A stretch of DNA of 64,000 bases from Thermoplasmata archaeon (GTDB taxonomy: Archaea > Thermoplasmatota > Thermoplasmata > Lutacidiplasmatales > UBA184): assembly GCA_028864975.1 (NCBI GenBank), contig JAGWLG010000003.1:32001-96000 (forward strand). Direction: 5' to 3'. The position numbers and the translations under genes were made by a program. Every line of letters starts with the position of its first letter. Position 1 is the stretch's first letter. The notes under the pieces were generated by a model. The model was given only the letters and a program-made list of their open reading frames with translations. It did no database searches and had not been told where the DNA came from. Positions 38,654-46,912 of the stretch are shown piece by piece.

Positions 38654-39103
38654 CTAGTCCTCCTCGGTCAGCACGATCTCGACGTTCGTGGTCTGCTCGT
38701 TCCACGCGCTCGACCGTCCGTGGGCGCGGGGCATGTAGCTCTTGAGGATCCGGCCGCGGGCGCAGGAGGCCACCGTGACCCTGAGGTTGTCGGTGTCCAT
38801 CCCCTCGTAGTCCGCGTTCGCCTCCGCGTTCGCGAGCACTTTGAGGACCTCCTTCGCGACCTTCACGGGGTAGCGGCCGGGGCCGGACTCCTTGTGATGG
38901 GCCGTCTCCTGGTTGTAGCGGCGGAAGGGCACAGCGCTCTTCAGGTCGCGGACGCGCTCGAGGAACGAGCGTGCGTCGTCCAGGGGGAGGCCCCGGATGG
39001 CGTTCATGACCTCGTAGGTTTTCTTCGGGGAGATGTGCAGCTCGGCCCCCAGGGCCCGTGCGACGACCTTCCCGCGGGGAGGGTTGTAGGTGTAGCCGCG
39101 CAT
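38654..39103 (-). CDS. rpl22: 50S ribosomal protein uL22
   Basis: ISPKK.YE, VPFRRYN, GRYPVK, PRAHGR. Confidence 0.95.
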   Translation of the reverse strand: MRGYTYNPPRGKVVARALGAELHISPKKTYEVMNAIRGLPLDDARSFLERVRDLKSAVPFRRYNQETAHHKESGPGRYPVKVAKEVLKVLANAEANADYEGMDTDNLRVTVASCARGRILKSYMPRAHGRSSAWNEQTTNVEIVLTEED

Positions 39104-39133
39104 CGTTCCTTCCACCCTCCTTCCTGACCCGAC

Positions 39134-39559
39134 CTACTTCAGCGGCATGAACTTCGAGCTGCGCGTGGCCCCGACACCGGGACCGGAGTGCTTCTCGAAG
39201 CGGCGCGTGAGACAGAACTCGCCCAGGTAGTGGCCGATCATCTCCGGGCGGATCTCCACTTCCTTGAACTCCTTCCCCGAAAAGACCGCGACCTTCTGGC
39301 CCACGAACCGGGGGAGGACGATGACGTCGCGGCAGTGCGTGCGGACGGGCTTCCCCTTGGGGGGGAGGGAGAGCTTCTCGACGAGGATCTGCTGCTCCGC
39401 GTTGAAGCCGCGCCGCAGGGTCCGACGGATGCGGGAGGGGAGGAGCTTCGCGAGCTCGGGGAGCGGGAGCGCCTTCAGCTCCTCGAGGGACTTGCCCCGG
39501 AGCGCGTACTCCTTCTTCTTGCGCAGCTCGACACCCTTCTTCTTCGTGCGTTTCGCCAT
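39134..39559 (-). CDS. rps19: 30S ribosomal protein uS19
   Basis: RTHCRD, MIGHYLGEF, GVGATRSSKFMPLK. Confidence 0.97.
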   Translation of the reverse strand: MAKRTKKKGVELRKKKEYALRGKSLEELKALPLPELAKLLPSRIRRTLRRGFNAEQQILVEKLSLPPKGKPVRTHCRDVIVLPRFVGQKVAVFSGKEFKEVEIRPEMIGHYLGEFCLTRRFEKHSGPGVGATRSSKFMPLK

Positions 39560-39567
39560 GGGTCCTC

Positions 39568-40287
39568 CTACGCGGCTCCTGGACGCTTGGCGCGCTTACG
39601 GCGAGGGGAGAAGCGTCCGACCTTCGCCCCCGGCCAGGTACCGGAGGAGACGGTCGAGGGACGCCCCACGTGCTGGTGCGCGCCGCCGCCGAAGGGATGG
39701 TTCACGGGGTTCATCGCGACCCCCCGGACCTTGAACGGGGCCTTCGCGAGCGACTGGTAGGCGTAGACCTTCTTGCCCGCCTTGGTGAACGGGCGGTCGC
39801 CACGGCCACCGCCGGCGACGGGACCGATCTGCGCGCGGCAGGTCGGGTGGAGGCGCTTGAACGCGCCGCTGGGGAGCTGGAGCGTCACGGTCTTCGGGTC
39901 GTGGGCGACGATGAGGGCGCTCGTCCCGGCGGCCCGGATCATCTTCCCGCCGTCGTTGGGCTGGATCTCGATGTTCGAGACGAGCGTCCCGTCGGGGATC
40001 TGCTCGAGCGGCAGGACCGATCCGCGCGCGAGCGGACCTGCCCCCAGGGCGACCCGGTCGCCCGTGGCGGCTCCCGCCGGGGCGACGAGCCGGAAGACCT
40101 TCCCGTCATCCGAGCGGACCTCGGCGACGGGGGAGGAACGGCCGGGGGCGTGGACGAGGGCTTCGACGGTCCCCTCGACGCGCAGCGAGATGTCGGGCAG
40201 GCGCACCGGGCCGTGATGCCGGTGGCTGGGGGAGCGGTAGGTGAAGGTCCCGGCGCCGCGACGCCGGGAGATGATGCGTTTTCCCAT
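39568..40287 (-). CDS. rpl2: 50S ribosomal protein uL2
   Basis: MGKRI...RRG.G, VRGVAMNPVNHPFGGG.HQH.G. Confidence 0.97.
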   Translation of the reverse strand: MGKRIISRRRGAGTFTYRSPSHRHHGPVRLPDISLRVEGTVEALVHAPGRSSPVAEVRSDDGKVFRLVAPAGAATGDRVALGAGPLARGSVLPLEQIPDGTLVSNIEIQPNDGGKMIRAAGTSALIVAHDPKTVTLQLPSGAFKRLHPTCRAQIGPVAGGGRGDRPFTKAGKKVYAYQSLAKAPFKVRGVAMNPVNHPFGGGAHQHVGRPSTVSSGTWPGAKVGRFSPRRKRAKRPGAA

Positions 40288-40553
40288 CAGAACACCCCGG
40301 CCCGAGAGCCGATGTCCTCGGACGAATAGTCCTTGGTGAAGCGGACCGTGGCGATCTTCCCCGGGCGTCCCACCTTGATCGTGACCTTGGCGACCTTCGC
40401 CTTGTAGAGGTCCTCGACGGCCCTCTTGACGTCACCGCGCGTCGCGCGCCGCTCGACGACGAACTCGAGCTTGTTCTGCCGCTCCATCTCGTCCATGGCC
40501 TTCTCCGTCACGTAGGCATGGAGGAGGACCCTGGGCTTCTCCCCGGTCGTCAT
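40287..40553 (-). CDS. rpl23: 50S ribosomal protein uL23
   Basis: TEKAM...N.LEFVV, VK.AVE.LY; ATG 40553 overlaps the rpl4 stop. Confidence 0.93.
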   Translation of the reverse strand: MTTGEKPRVLLHAYVTEKAMDEMERQNKLEFVVERRATRGDVKRAVEDLYKAKVAKVTIKVGRPGKIATVRFTKDYSSEDIGSRAGVF

Positions 40554-41494
40554 GCGGCACCCCCCTTGGGGGTGGGTGCGGGCGTGGGGGACGTCGTCGT
40601 GGACGGGGAGCGGGCCGGGAGCGAGGAGATCCCGGTCTTCGGGAACCGGCCCCGGATCTTCTCCAGCGACGCGGGAGTGTAGATCGTGAGGCGTCCGGGG
40701 ACGCCGCCTGGGGCGAGGTGCTCCGTGCCCAGGGAATCGAGGGGGATGACGTCGACCCCGGGGAAGTTGCGGAAGCCCCGGGCCTTGCCCGAAGCGCTCA
40801 CGACGAGGAGGAGGCTTAGGGGATGGCGTCGGACCCGACCTCGCATCTTGCCCTTGCCGGCGCGGACATGGACCCCGTCGCGGGCCCGCTCCACGTCGCT
40901 CCAGAGACCTACGGCCTCCAGGACCTCGCGGGCCCTGGCCGCGCTCTCGACCTCTTCCAGGGCGTTCTCGAAGACGAAGGGAAGGTGGGCGTGCGTCGGG
41001 AGGTCGTGCCCCCGCTCGAGGATATAGCGAGCCTCGCGGGTCGCGGCCAGGGCGGCGGCGAGGGCCCTCTGACGCTCCTTGACGTTCATCTTGCGGGCCC
41101 AGATCGCATCGGCGCGCGGAGGGTGCGCAGCCCGGCCCCCGACGGTGTTCGGGGACTGGGCCCCGGTGTTGCCGTCCATCAGGCGGGGCGTCCGCGCGAC
41201 ACCGTGACCCTTCCCGGACCACTCGACGCTGTGCCGCATGCCGGCCTTTCGGCTGGGGCCGTAAGGCTGGCGGCGATTCGCCTGAGCGGACCGCACAGCC
41301 CGCAGGACGAGGTCCGGGCGGACCGGCGCGGAGAATATCTCGGGCAAGGCGAGCTGCTCGCCAGCCTTTCCCTCCAGAGAGAGCACGGGGGCTCGGTGGA
41401 CGTGGGCCGAGGGAGCGGTCGGCTTCGCGGCGGGAGCGGCGCTCTTCACCGGGGCGCCCGACTTCGGGGTGAAGGGGGAAGCGGGCGTGGACAT
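40550..41494 (-). CDS. rpl4: 50S ribosomal protein uL4
   Basis: VRPDLV.RAV, SGKGHG.ARTPR, GGRAAHPP, HLAPGG.PGRLT. Confidence 0.95.
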   Translation of the reverse strand: MSTPASPFTPKSGAPVKSAAPAAKPTAPSAHVHRAPVLSLEGKAGEQLALPEIFSAPVRPDLVLRAVRSAQANRRQPYGPSRKAGMRHSVEWSGKGHGVARTPRLMDGNTGAQSPNTVGGRAAHPPRADAIWARKMNVKERQRALAAALAATREARYILERGHDLPTHAHLPFVFENALEEVESAARAREVLEAVGLWSDVERARDGVHVRAGKGKMRGRVRRHPLSLLLVVSASGKARGFRNFPGVDVIPLDSLGTEHLAPGGVPGRLTIYTPASLEKIRGRFPKTGISSLPARSPSTTTSPTPAPTPKGGAA

Positions 41495-41498
41495 CGCT

Positions 41499-42503
41499 CT
41501 ATGACCCCTGCTTGCTGTGCGTCGAGAGATAGCGGACCTCGATCTTCTCGGGCACCGCCCCGCGGAACCGGATGGGCATCCGCAGACGGACCAGGCGCTT
41601 CGAGGGGCCCGGGAGCGACCCGTGGAGCACCGTGTAGCCGTTGCGGACCTCGCCGTAACGTAGGAACCCTCCGACCATCTTGATCGGGTCGCTCTTGCCG
41701 TCCGGGACGACCTTCAGGATCCGCTTGTTGAACTCGGTGCGCCGGTGGTACCCCATCTGTCCCGCCTGGGGGATACGGTAGGTCACGAAGCTCGGGTTGT
41801 GGGGGCCCAGCGTTCCAATCATTCTTCGGTGCTTGGAGTTCTTGCGGGGCTGGAGCTTGACGTGGAAGCGCTTGATGTGACCCTGGAAGCCCTTCCCTCG
41901 GGAGACGGCGATCACATCGACCATGTCGCCCGCCTTCGCGAAGGAGGGGAATTCGATCTCCTTCCCGAGGTGGTCGACCGCCCACTTCTTCCGCTCCGCA
42001 AAGTTCTCGCCCGAGACGCGGACCTCGAACAGGTCGGGGACCTTTCGGGGGATCCCGGAGACCAAGTGGGGCTGGGTGTGGACGAGGACCCGGACCTCCT
42101 CGCCCGGGGCCTTCGAGAACGCGCCCTTGCTCACGTCGGAGGGGGCGCTGTTCGGCATCGGACGGCGGCCTGCAAGCCGCTCGTCGAGCTCGTCGGCCCA
42201 CAGCTCGCCGGAGACATGCCATCCGTTGGGGGAACCCTGGTAGAGGCGTGCGGCGGCAATCTTGAGCGGCGGGGTCTCGACGACGGTCACGGGGACAGCG
42301 ACCTCTTGTCCGGCGGTGGTGGAACGCTTGCGGAAGTCCACTACGAAGGCGTGGGTCATACCCACTTTCCATCCGGCGAAGTCCTCGAGGTGGGGCTTCG
42401 CGGGCCCGCGCGGCCAGGTCTTGAGGCGCGGGACCGGGCTCATGGCCCGCTTCCTGGGCCAATAGCCCAGGGATCCGCGTCGTGGTTTGTGCCTGCGTCC
42501 CAT
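41499..42503 (-). CDS. rpl3: 50S ribosomal protein uL3
   Basis: PRRGSLGYWPRKRA, GWKVGMTH, GKGFQG, GQMGYHRRTE.NK; start MGRRHK at 42503. Confidence 0.97.
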   Translation of the reverse strand: MGRRHKPRRGSLGYWPRKRAMSPVPRLKTWPRGPAKPHLEDFAGWKVGMTHAFVVDFRKRSTTAGQEVAVPVTVVETPPLKIAAARLYQGSPNGWHVSGELWADELDERLAGRRPMPNSAPSDVSKGAFSKAPGEEVRVLVHTQPHLVSGIPRKVPDLFEVRVSGENFAERKKWAVDHLGKEIEFPSFAKAGDMVDVIAVSRGKGFQGHIKRFHVKLQPRKNSKHRRMIGTLGPHNPSFVTYRIPQAGQMGYHRRTEFNKRILKVVPDGKSDPIKMVGGFLRYGEVRNGYTVLHGSLPGPSKRLVRLRMPIRFRGAVPEKIEVRYLSTHSKQGS

Positions 42504-42552
42504 GTGCGGTCGATACCTCTCGGTGGGGGTGAACGCGGTCGAACAAGGTGAC

Positions 42553-42562
42553 CTATATAAAA
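42553..42562 (-). promoter_or_regulatory. TATA box of the S10/spc superoperon
   Basis: TTTTATATAG on the minus strand about 50 nt upstream of the rpl3 ATG. Confidence 0.7.
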
Positions 42563-42789
42563 GCGGGGGACCAGATTTCCGGATGTCCAGGCTCCTGAGA
42601 GGAAACGGCAGGGTCTTCGAACGCGCGCGTTCAGGAGCGGGGGGCCGGGGAGGGGGCGCGGCGACTCGCGCCCTGCCCCCGAACCCTTCCCGGGTGGTGG
42701 CGCCCGCGTCCGTGCGCGTCCCCTCGAGAGAACGGAGTTCACCACCGGTCCGGTAAACAAGATAGGTCGAGGCGAGTTGTGGAGGGGCG

Positions 42790-43329
42790 ATGACCAGCGT
42801 GGGCGAGGGGCGGAGGAGCTCTCGGGAGCCGGAGGAGGATCTCCGGCCTGGGAGGTTCTGGCAGGTCCCAGAGGCCGAGGAGGCGTTGACCGAGCTCGCC
42901 CCGCGTTTCCGGGTCCTTCGCGTGAAGGTCGCCCGGATGGCGGAAGTGCTCGAGGAACTGGACCGGCTCCAGAAGGTCTGGGGGGAGGAGTTCGACGCAC
43001 CGGACCAACCGGACGCGTCGCGCAAGCACGAGCTGGAGGCGCAGGCCCGGGCGTTCGAGCTCGAGGTGGAGAGCGAGCTCGAGGGGTGGAAGAGCCGAGG
43101 GATCGAGGTCAAGGACCTCGCCTCGGGGCTCATCGACTTCTATGCGCTGCGGCACGGAGAAGTGATCTTCCTCTGCTGGAGGGCCGGGGAAGAGGGCATC
43201 CGGTTCTGGCACCCGCTCCAGGGAGGCTATCGGGCCCGCCGCCCCCTGACCTCGCGCGAGAGGGCGGGTGGGCTCGGCCAGGTCCCGTTCGCTCGAGGCT
43301 CGACATCGGGGAGCGAGCCAATCGCGTGA
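42790..43329 (+). CDS. DUF2203 family protein
   Basis: KDL..GLIDF......IFLCW..GE..I.FWH....GY..R.P. Confidence 0.8.
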   Translation: MTSVGEGRRSSREPEEDLRPGRFWQVPEAEEALTELAPRFRVLRVKVARMAEVLEELDRLQKVWGEEFDAPDQPDASRKHELEAQARAFELEVESELEGWKSRGIEVKDLASGLIDFYALRHGEVIFLCWRAGEEGIRFWHPLQGGYRARRPLTSRERAGGLGQVPFARGSTSGSEPIA

Positions 43330-43360
43330 CCCACCGAAGTCTGGGTCCCAGCTCGATCCG

Positions 43361-43825
43361 ATGGCGTTCGTCTTCGACGGCCCTCCCCGTCTCTCCGACG
43401 GGGTGATCGACCTCGTGCTGGTCGCCACGGACCCCGCGGATCCCTCCAAGGACTACGTTCCTGAGTATCGATACCGGATCGAGATCCACGGCGGGGGTCC
43501 TGTGGTCGGGGAGGTGCGACTCCGCGTGGGGAGGACCCGAGGTCTGCTCACAGGGGGCCACATCGGCTATGGTGTGGAAGCGGCCCATCGCGGCCACCAT
43601 TTTGCAGAGAGGGCCTGTCGACTGGTCGGTCAGGTCGCCCTCCATCACGGTCTCGACCCCCTCATCATCACCTGCGCCCCCGAGAACATCTCCTCGCGAA
43701 GGACCTGCGAGCGTCTGGGCGCGAAATTGCTGGGCGAATTCGATGTACCTCCCGACCACGACATGTACCAACGGGGCCGGCGCAAGGTACTTCGTTACGA
43801 GTGGCGCCTGACTTCCCTGCGCTGA
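43361..43825 (+). CDS. GNAT N-acetyltransferase (RimJ/RimL-like)
   Basis: GHIGYGV...HRGHHFA, ITC.PEN.SSRRT.E.LG. Confidence 0.8.
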   Translation: MAFVFDGPPRLSDGVIDLVLVATDPADPSKDYVPEYRYRIEIHGGGPVVGEVRLRVGRTRGLLTGGHIGYGVEAAHRGHHFAERACRLVGQVALHHGLDPLIITCAPENISSRRTCERLGAKLLGEFDVPPDHDMYQRGRRKVLRYEWRLTSLR

Positions 43826-43851
43826 ACTTCCAGCGTGGCGCCGCACGCCGC

Positions 43852-44970
43852 CTATGGGGGCGGCGGCGTTGGAGGGAGGGCGACCCCGTCGAGCGGCCGC
43901 TGCGTCGAGAGCAGCAGGACCAGGGCAGAACCCGCGAAGAGGGCGGCAAACGTCGCGCCCAAGAGCACCGCCACGGGGGCCACCTGGAAGAACAGGATAT
44001 CGTAACCGGAAACCGAGGCGAGGAAGGGGGCGAGGAGGCCCCCCATCGTCCCGACGACGCCCCTCGCCATGTGCCGCTCGCTCCGGATGGCGAACGCCGC
44101 CCAAAGGGCCGCCGCCCCGGCCAGCAGTTCGATGACCGAGGCCGACAATAGGTACGAGGCGTAGGTCTCGACGTCCGGATACGGGGCGAAGGCCTGGTCG
44201 TAGGTGCTCGTGGAGCTCCCGTTGAGCAGGTTCACGTGGAGCGCGCTCACGTTCGATGGTGCGTCCAAGAGGGGCGCGAGGAAGAACTCCATCTGGGAGA
44301 GGCGGTATCCCGGAAAGGAGACCTGGAGCTGGTGCTCTCCAGAGGGCACGGAGGAGAACCGGAAGTTGCCCCCACTGTCCGTCACTTGAACCTCGGTAGA
44401 GCCGTTAGGGGAGAGCCTCAGTGTGACGAGCGCGCCCACGGCAAGGACCGCCGGCCTCGAGCCGTTCCAGGCCTGGACCACGCCCGCCACGACCCGGGAG
44501 TGGGTGGCCGTGATCGAGATGGCGCCGAAGTATCCGAAGGCTCCCCCGACGGCGAGCAGGAGCACGCCCGCGACCAGGGCGAGTACGACCATCGCCTGAC
44601 GCACTTGTCGGGTCGGGCTCCGCGGCCAAGAGGGCTCCGGATAGAAGTGACGGTACACTTCCCAGGAGAAGAGCGGGGGACGGACCCGTGGGGGGAGGCT
44701 GGGGTTCGGCTGGCCGCACCGCGGACAGAAGGCCCAGCCCACCTCGTTCCGCACGATGCCGTGCGCGGCCCAGAAGGAAGTTCCGCAGCGAAGACACTTG
44801 GCCGGGACCGTCACCGGAGCGACGGAGAAGTAGGGGGGAGGGGGTAAGGGAGGGGGGGTAGGAGGGGCAGCGGCCGGCGGCGGAGGCACGGGCGGCAACG
44901 GCGGAAGTGGGGGGAACGATGGTGGAGGCGGTGGCGGTTCGGAGGGCTGGGCGGTCACTGGCGGCTCCAT
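43852..44970 (-). CDS. Membrane protein: Pro-rich, Zn ribbon, carboxypeptidase-regulatory-like beta domain, several TMs
   Basis: CLRC...CPRC; TDSGGNFRFSSVPSG.H.L.V.FPGY; hydrophobic C-terminal helices. Confidence 0.65.
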   Translation of the reverse strand: MEPPVTAQPSEPPPPPPSFPPLPPLPPVPPPPAAAPPTPPPLPPPPYFSVAPVTVPAKCLRCGTSFWAAHGIVRNEVGWAFCPRCGQPNPSLPPRVRPPLFSWEVYRHFYPEPSWPRSPTRQVRQAMVVLALVAGVLLLAVGGAFGYFGAISITATHSRVVAGVVQAWNGSRPAVLAVGALVTLRLSPNGSTEVQVTDSGGNFRFSSVPSGEHQLQVSFPGYRLSQMEFFLAPLLDAPSNVSALHVNLLNGSSTSTYDQAFAPYPDVETYASYLLSASVIELLAGAAALWAAFAIRSERHMARGVVGTMGGLLAPFLASVSGYDILFFQVAPVAVLLGATFAALFAGSALVLLLSTQRPLDGVALPPTPPPP

Positions 44971-44989
44971 CCGCGGGAGAGAGATAACC

Positions 44990-45628
44990 TTGGACGGCGA
45001 CGCGTCACCGGCCCGCTCGGGGGCCCGTCCCCTGCCGAAGCGCTCCCCCGCCGCCAAGCCTCACCCCCGGGTCTACGCGTTCGACGACGCGCCCTTCGCT
45101 TTCGAGCAGGAGCGGACCCCGGTCGTGGGCCTGGTCGTGGTGCTGCCGTCCTACGTCGAGGGCGTGCTCCGCGACGAGGTCATGGTCGACGGCCCCGACG
45201 CTACGGAGGTGCTCCTGAGGATGGTCGGGTCCTCCTCCCACCGGGCGGCGACCCGCGCGATCATGCTGGGGGGTATCACCCTGGGCGGGTTCAACATGGT
45301 CGACCTGACACGGTTGAACGAAGCATCGGGGCTCCCGGTCCTCACCGTCACCCGTGCCGCGCCCGACTTCGATGCGATGGAGAGGGCCCTGCGAAAGTAC
45401 CTGCCAGACCGTCCGGAGCTCTTGAGGCTCCTCAGAGCCCACCCGCTCTTCACCGTCCCGATGCGTCCGCGTCCGCTCTGGGTGGCCGTGGTCGGGATGC
45501 CGAAGGAGGAGGCGACCCGCCTCGTCCTTCGTAGCATCGTTCGGGGCTCCTACCCCGAGCCCCTTCGCCTTGCGCACCTCTTCGCGTCCGCGATCCCCAA
45601 GGGGCCCGTTTCACGGTCGCGCGCATGA
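44990..45628 (+). CDS. DUF99 family (endonuclease V-like) protein
   Basis: FDDAPF, VDG.DAT, GITLGGFNMVD, PEPLRLAH. Confidence 0.82.
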   Translation: MDGDASPARSGARPLPKRSPAAKPHPRVYAFDDAPFAFEQERTPVVGLVVVLPSYVEGVLRDEVMVDGPDATEVLLRMVGSSSHRAATRAIMLGGITLGGFNMVDLTRLNEASGLPVLTVTRAAPDFDAMERALRKYLPDRPELLRLLRAHPLFTVPMRPRPLWVAVVGMPKEEATRLVLRSIVRGSYPEPLRLAHLFASAIPKGPVSRSRA

Positions 45629-45719
45629 GCTGGCTCGGGACAGGGTCTGCGACAAGCGAACCGCCGCACCTAGAGCGTTATCTCCCTTGTCCGACGTCCC
45701 GCGACCGGAGGCGGGAGCG

Positions 45720-45761
45720 ATGTGCAACACCTGTGGCTGTAAGTCGAAGAAGAAGCCGTGA
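45720..45761 (+). CDS. Candidate 13-aa microprotein MCNTCGCKSKKKP
   Basis: GGAGG 8 nt upstream of ATG; CxxCGC motif; followed by a strong hairpin. Confidence 0.45.
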   Translation: MCNTCGCKSKKKP

Positions 45762-45788
45762 TCCTGAGCTGTCTCTTCGTCCTTTGTC

Positions 45789-45817
45789 CGGGAGGAGGGG
45801 TTGCTCTCCTCCTCCCG
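45789..45817. terminator. Stem-loop (possible terminator or processing site)
   Basis: CGGGAGGAGG (45789-45798) pairs with CCTCCTCCCG (45808-45817); pyrimidine-rich flanks. Confidence 0.5.
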
Positions 45818-45876
45818 AACTCTTCTCCTTCGACTCGCACGAAACGTTCTTCCTCGGAGCCCCCCCTGCGCCTTCG

Positions 45877-45951
45877 GGGCGCGTAGCATAGCCCGGACGA
45901 TGCGCCGGCCTTCTAAGCCGGAGAACCGGGGTTCGAATCCCCGCGCGCCCG
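45877..45951 (+). tRNA. tRNA-Arg (TCT), no intron, CCA not encoded
   Basis: Acceptor GGGCGCG/CGCGCCC, anticodon arm CCGGC-CTTCTAA-GCCGG, T arm CGGGG-TTCGAAT-CCCCG. Confidence 0.95.
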
Positions 45952-45984
45952 TCGAGCCCGCCGGGGGGAGGTTCTCCTGCGTCG

Positions 45985-46842
45985 CTACGCCGTGACATTG
46001 AGCCAGATGATCTCCCCGTCGAAGGTCGTCCCGCTCTGGCCGTTCCCGTACTGGCCGTTCCAGATCAGGGAGGGGGGGATGGAGTACGGGTTGGAGGTCG
46101 GGCCCCCCGGGGGTTGGTAGAAGGGCATCGCGCCAGGGTCGCCCGAGTAACTGGTCGTCGAGCCCATGTCCATGTCGTGCATCTGGGCGCTCACCGTCCC
46201 CGAGAAGGTCCAGACCCCGCCGGAGGAAAGCGGCTCGCCCCAGATCTGAAAGAAGTCCCCTAGCGTGGGCGTCCCCGAGAGACCTCCGGGCATCTCCACG
46301 TGGATGATGCCGGAGCCATCGTGGGTGTGGAGGAGATGGAGCTCCCCCGACGGACAATAGAGGCTGGGGTTGGTGTACCCGGATTGGTCGAGGACCCCGA
46401 TGTCCCCTCCCGCCCCGGGTTGGTACGGGAGCGCCTGCTGGGTCCCGCCGTCGTAGATGAGGAGCAGGACATGGTAGTGCACGTCGGTCGCTTCCGCGCT
46501 ACAGTAGGCGGGAAAGGGGTCGTTGTGGGACGGAGGAAGGACGAGGAGGTAGAGCAGCGAGGCGACCAGGACAGCCAGCAGGGCGAGCCCAAGGACCCGG
46601 TAGGGGTGACGGCGGAGCGCCGAGGAGATCCTGCGTGAAGGGGGTCTCGAGAGAGGAGACGAGCCTTCGTTCGAGGAGGCGGCGGGGCGCTGGCGGGACC
46701 TCCGCGCCAGCCAAGCGCCCTTGAGCGCACGTCCCGCATCGATCCCCTCGGGAGGGTGGAACCCCACCTTCTCGTCCTCTGCGATCTCCGCCCACGCCCG
46801 GCCCTTGGTCCGAAGGCGAGCGACGCGTTCCCAATCGGTCAC
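45985..46842 (-). CDS. Bitopic protein: N-terminal HTH-like segment, TM, His-rich extracellular domain
   Basis: WERVARLR.KG.AWAEIA; LGLALLAVLVASLLYLLV; HYH...HLLHTHDGSGIIHVE...TLGDFF.IWG. Confidence 0.7.
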   Translation of the reverse strand: MTDWERVARLRTKGRAWAEIAEDEKVGFHPPEGIDAGRALKGAWLARRSRQRPAASSNEGSSPLSRPPSRRISSALRRHPYRVLGLALLAVLVASLLYLLVLPPSHNDPFPAYCSAEATDVHYHVLLLIYDGGTQQALPYQPGAGGDIGVLDQSGYTNPSLYCPSGELHLLHTHDGSGIIHVEMPGGLSGTPTLGDFFQIWGEPLSSGGVWTFSGTVSAQMHDMDMGSTTSYSGDPGAMPFYQPPGGPTSNPYSIPPSLIWNGQYGNGQSGTTFDGEIIWLNVTA

Positions 46843-46912
46843 GGCGGTGCCCTGTTCGCGGTGCCAGGCGTTGCACTCGGCTTAAGTCCGGAAAGGGCGG
46901 CGACGGTTGAGG

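Noticed and set aside
42504-43133. Long N-terminal extension of uL3 in the ORF track
   Set aside because: A TATA box lies about 50 nt before MGRRHK, and the extension is antisense to the DUF2203 gene.
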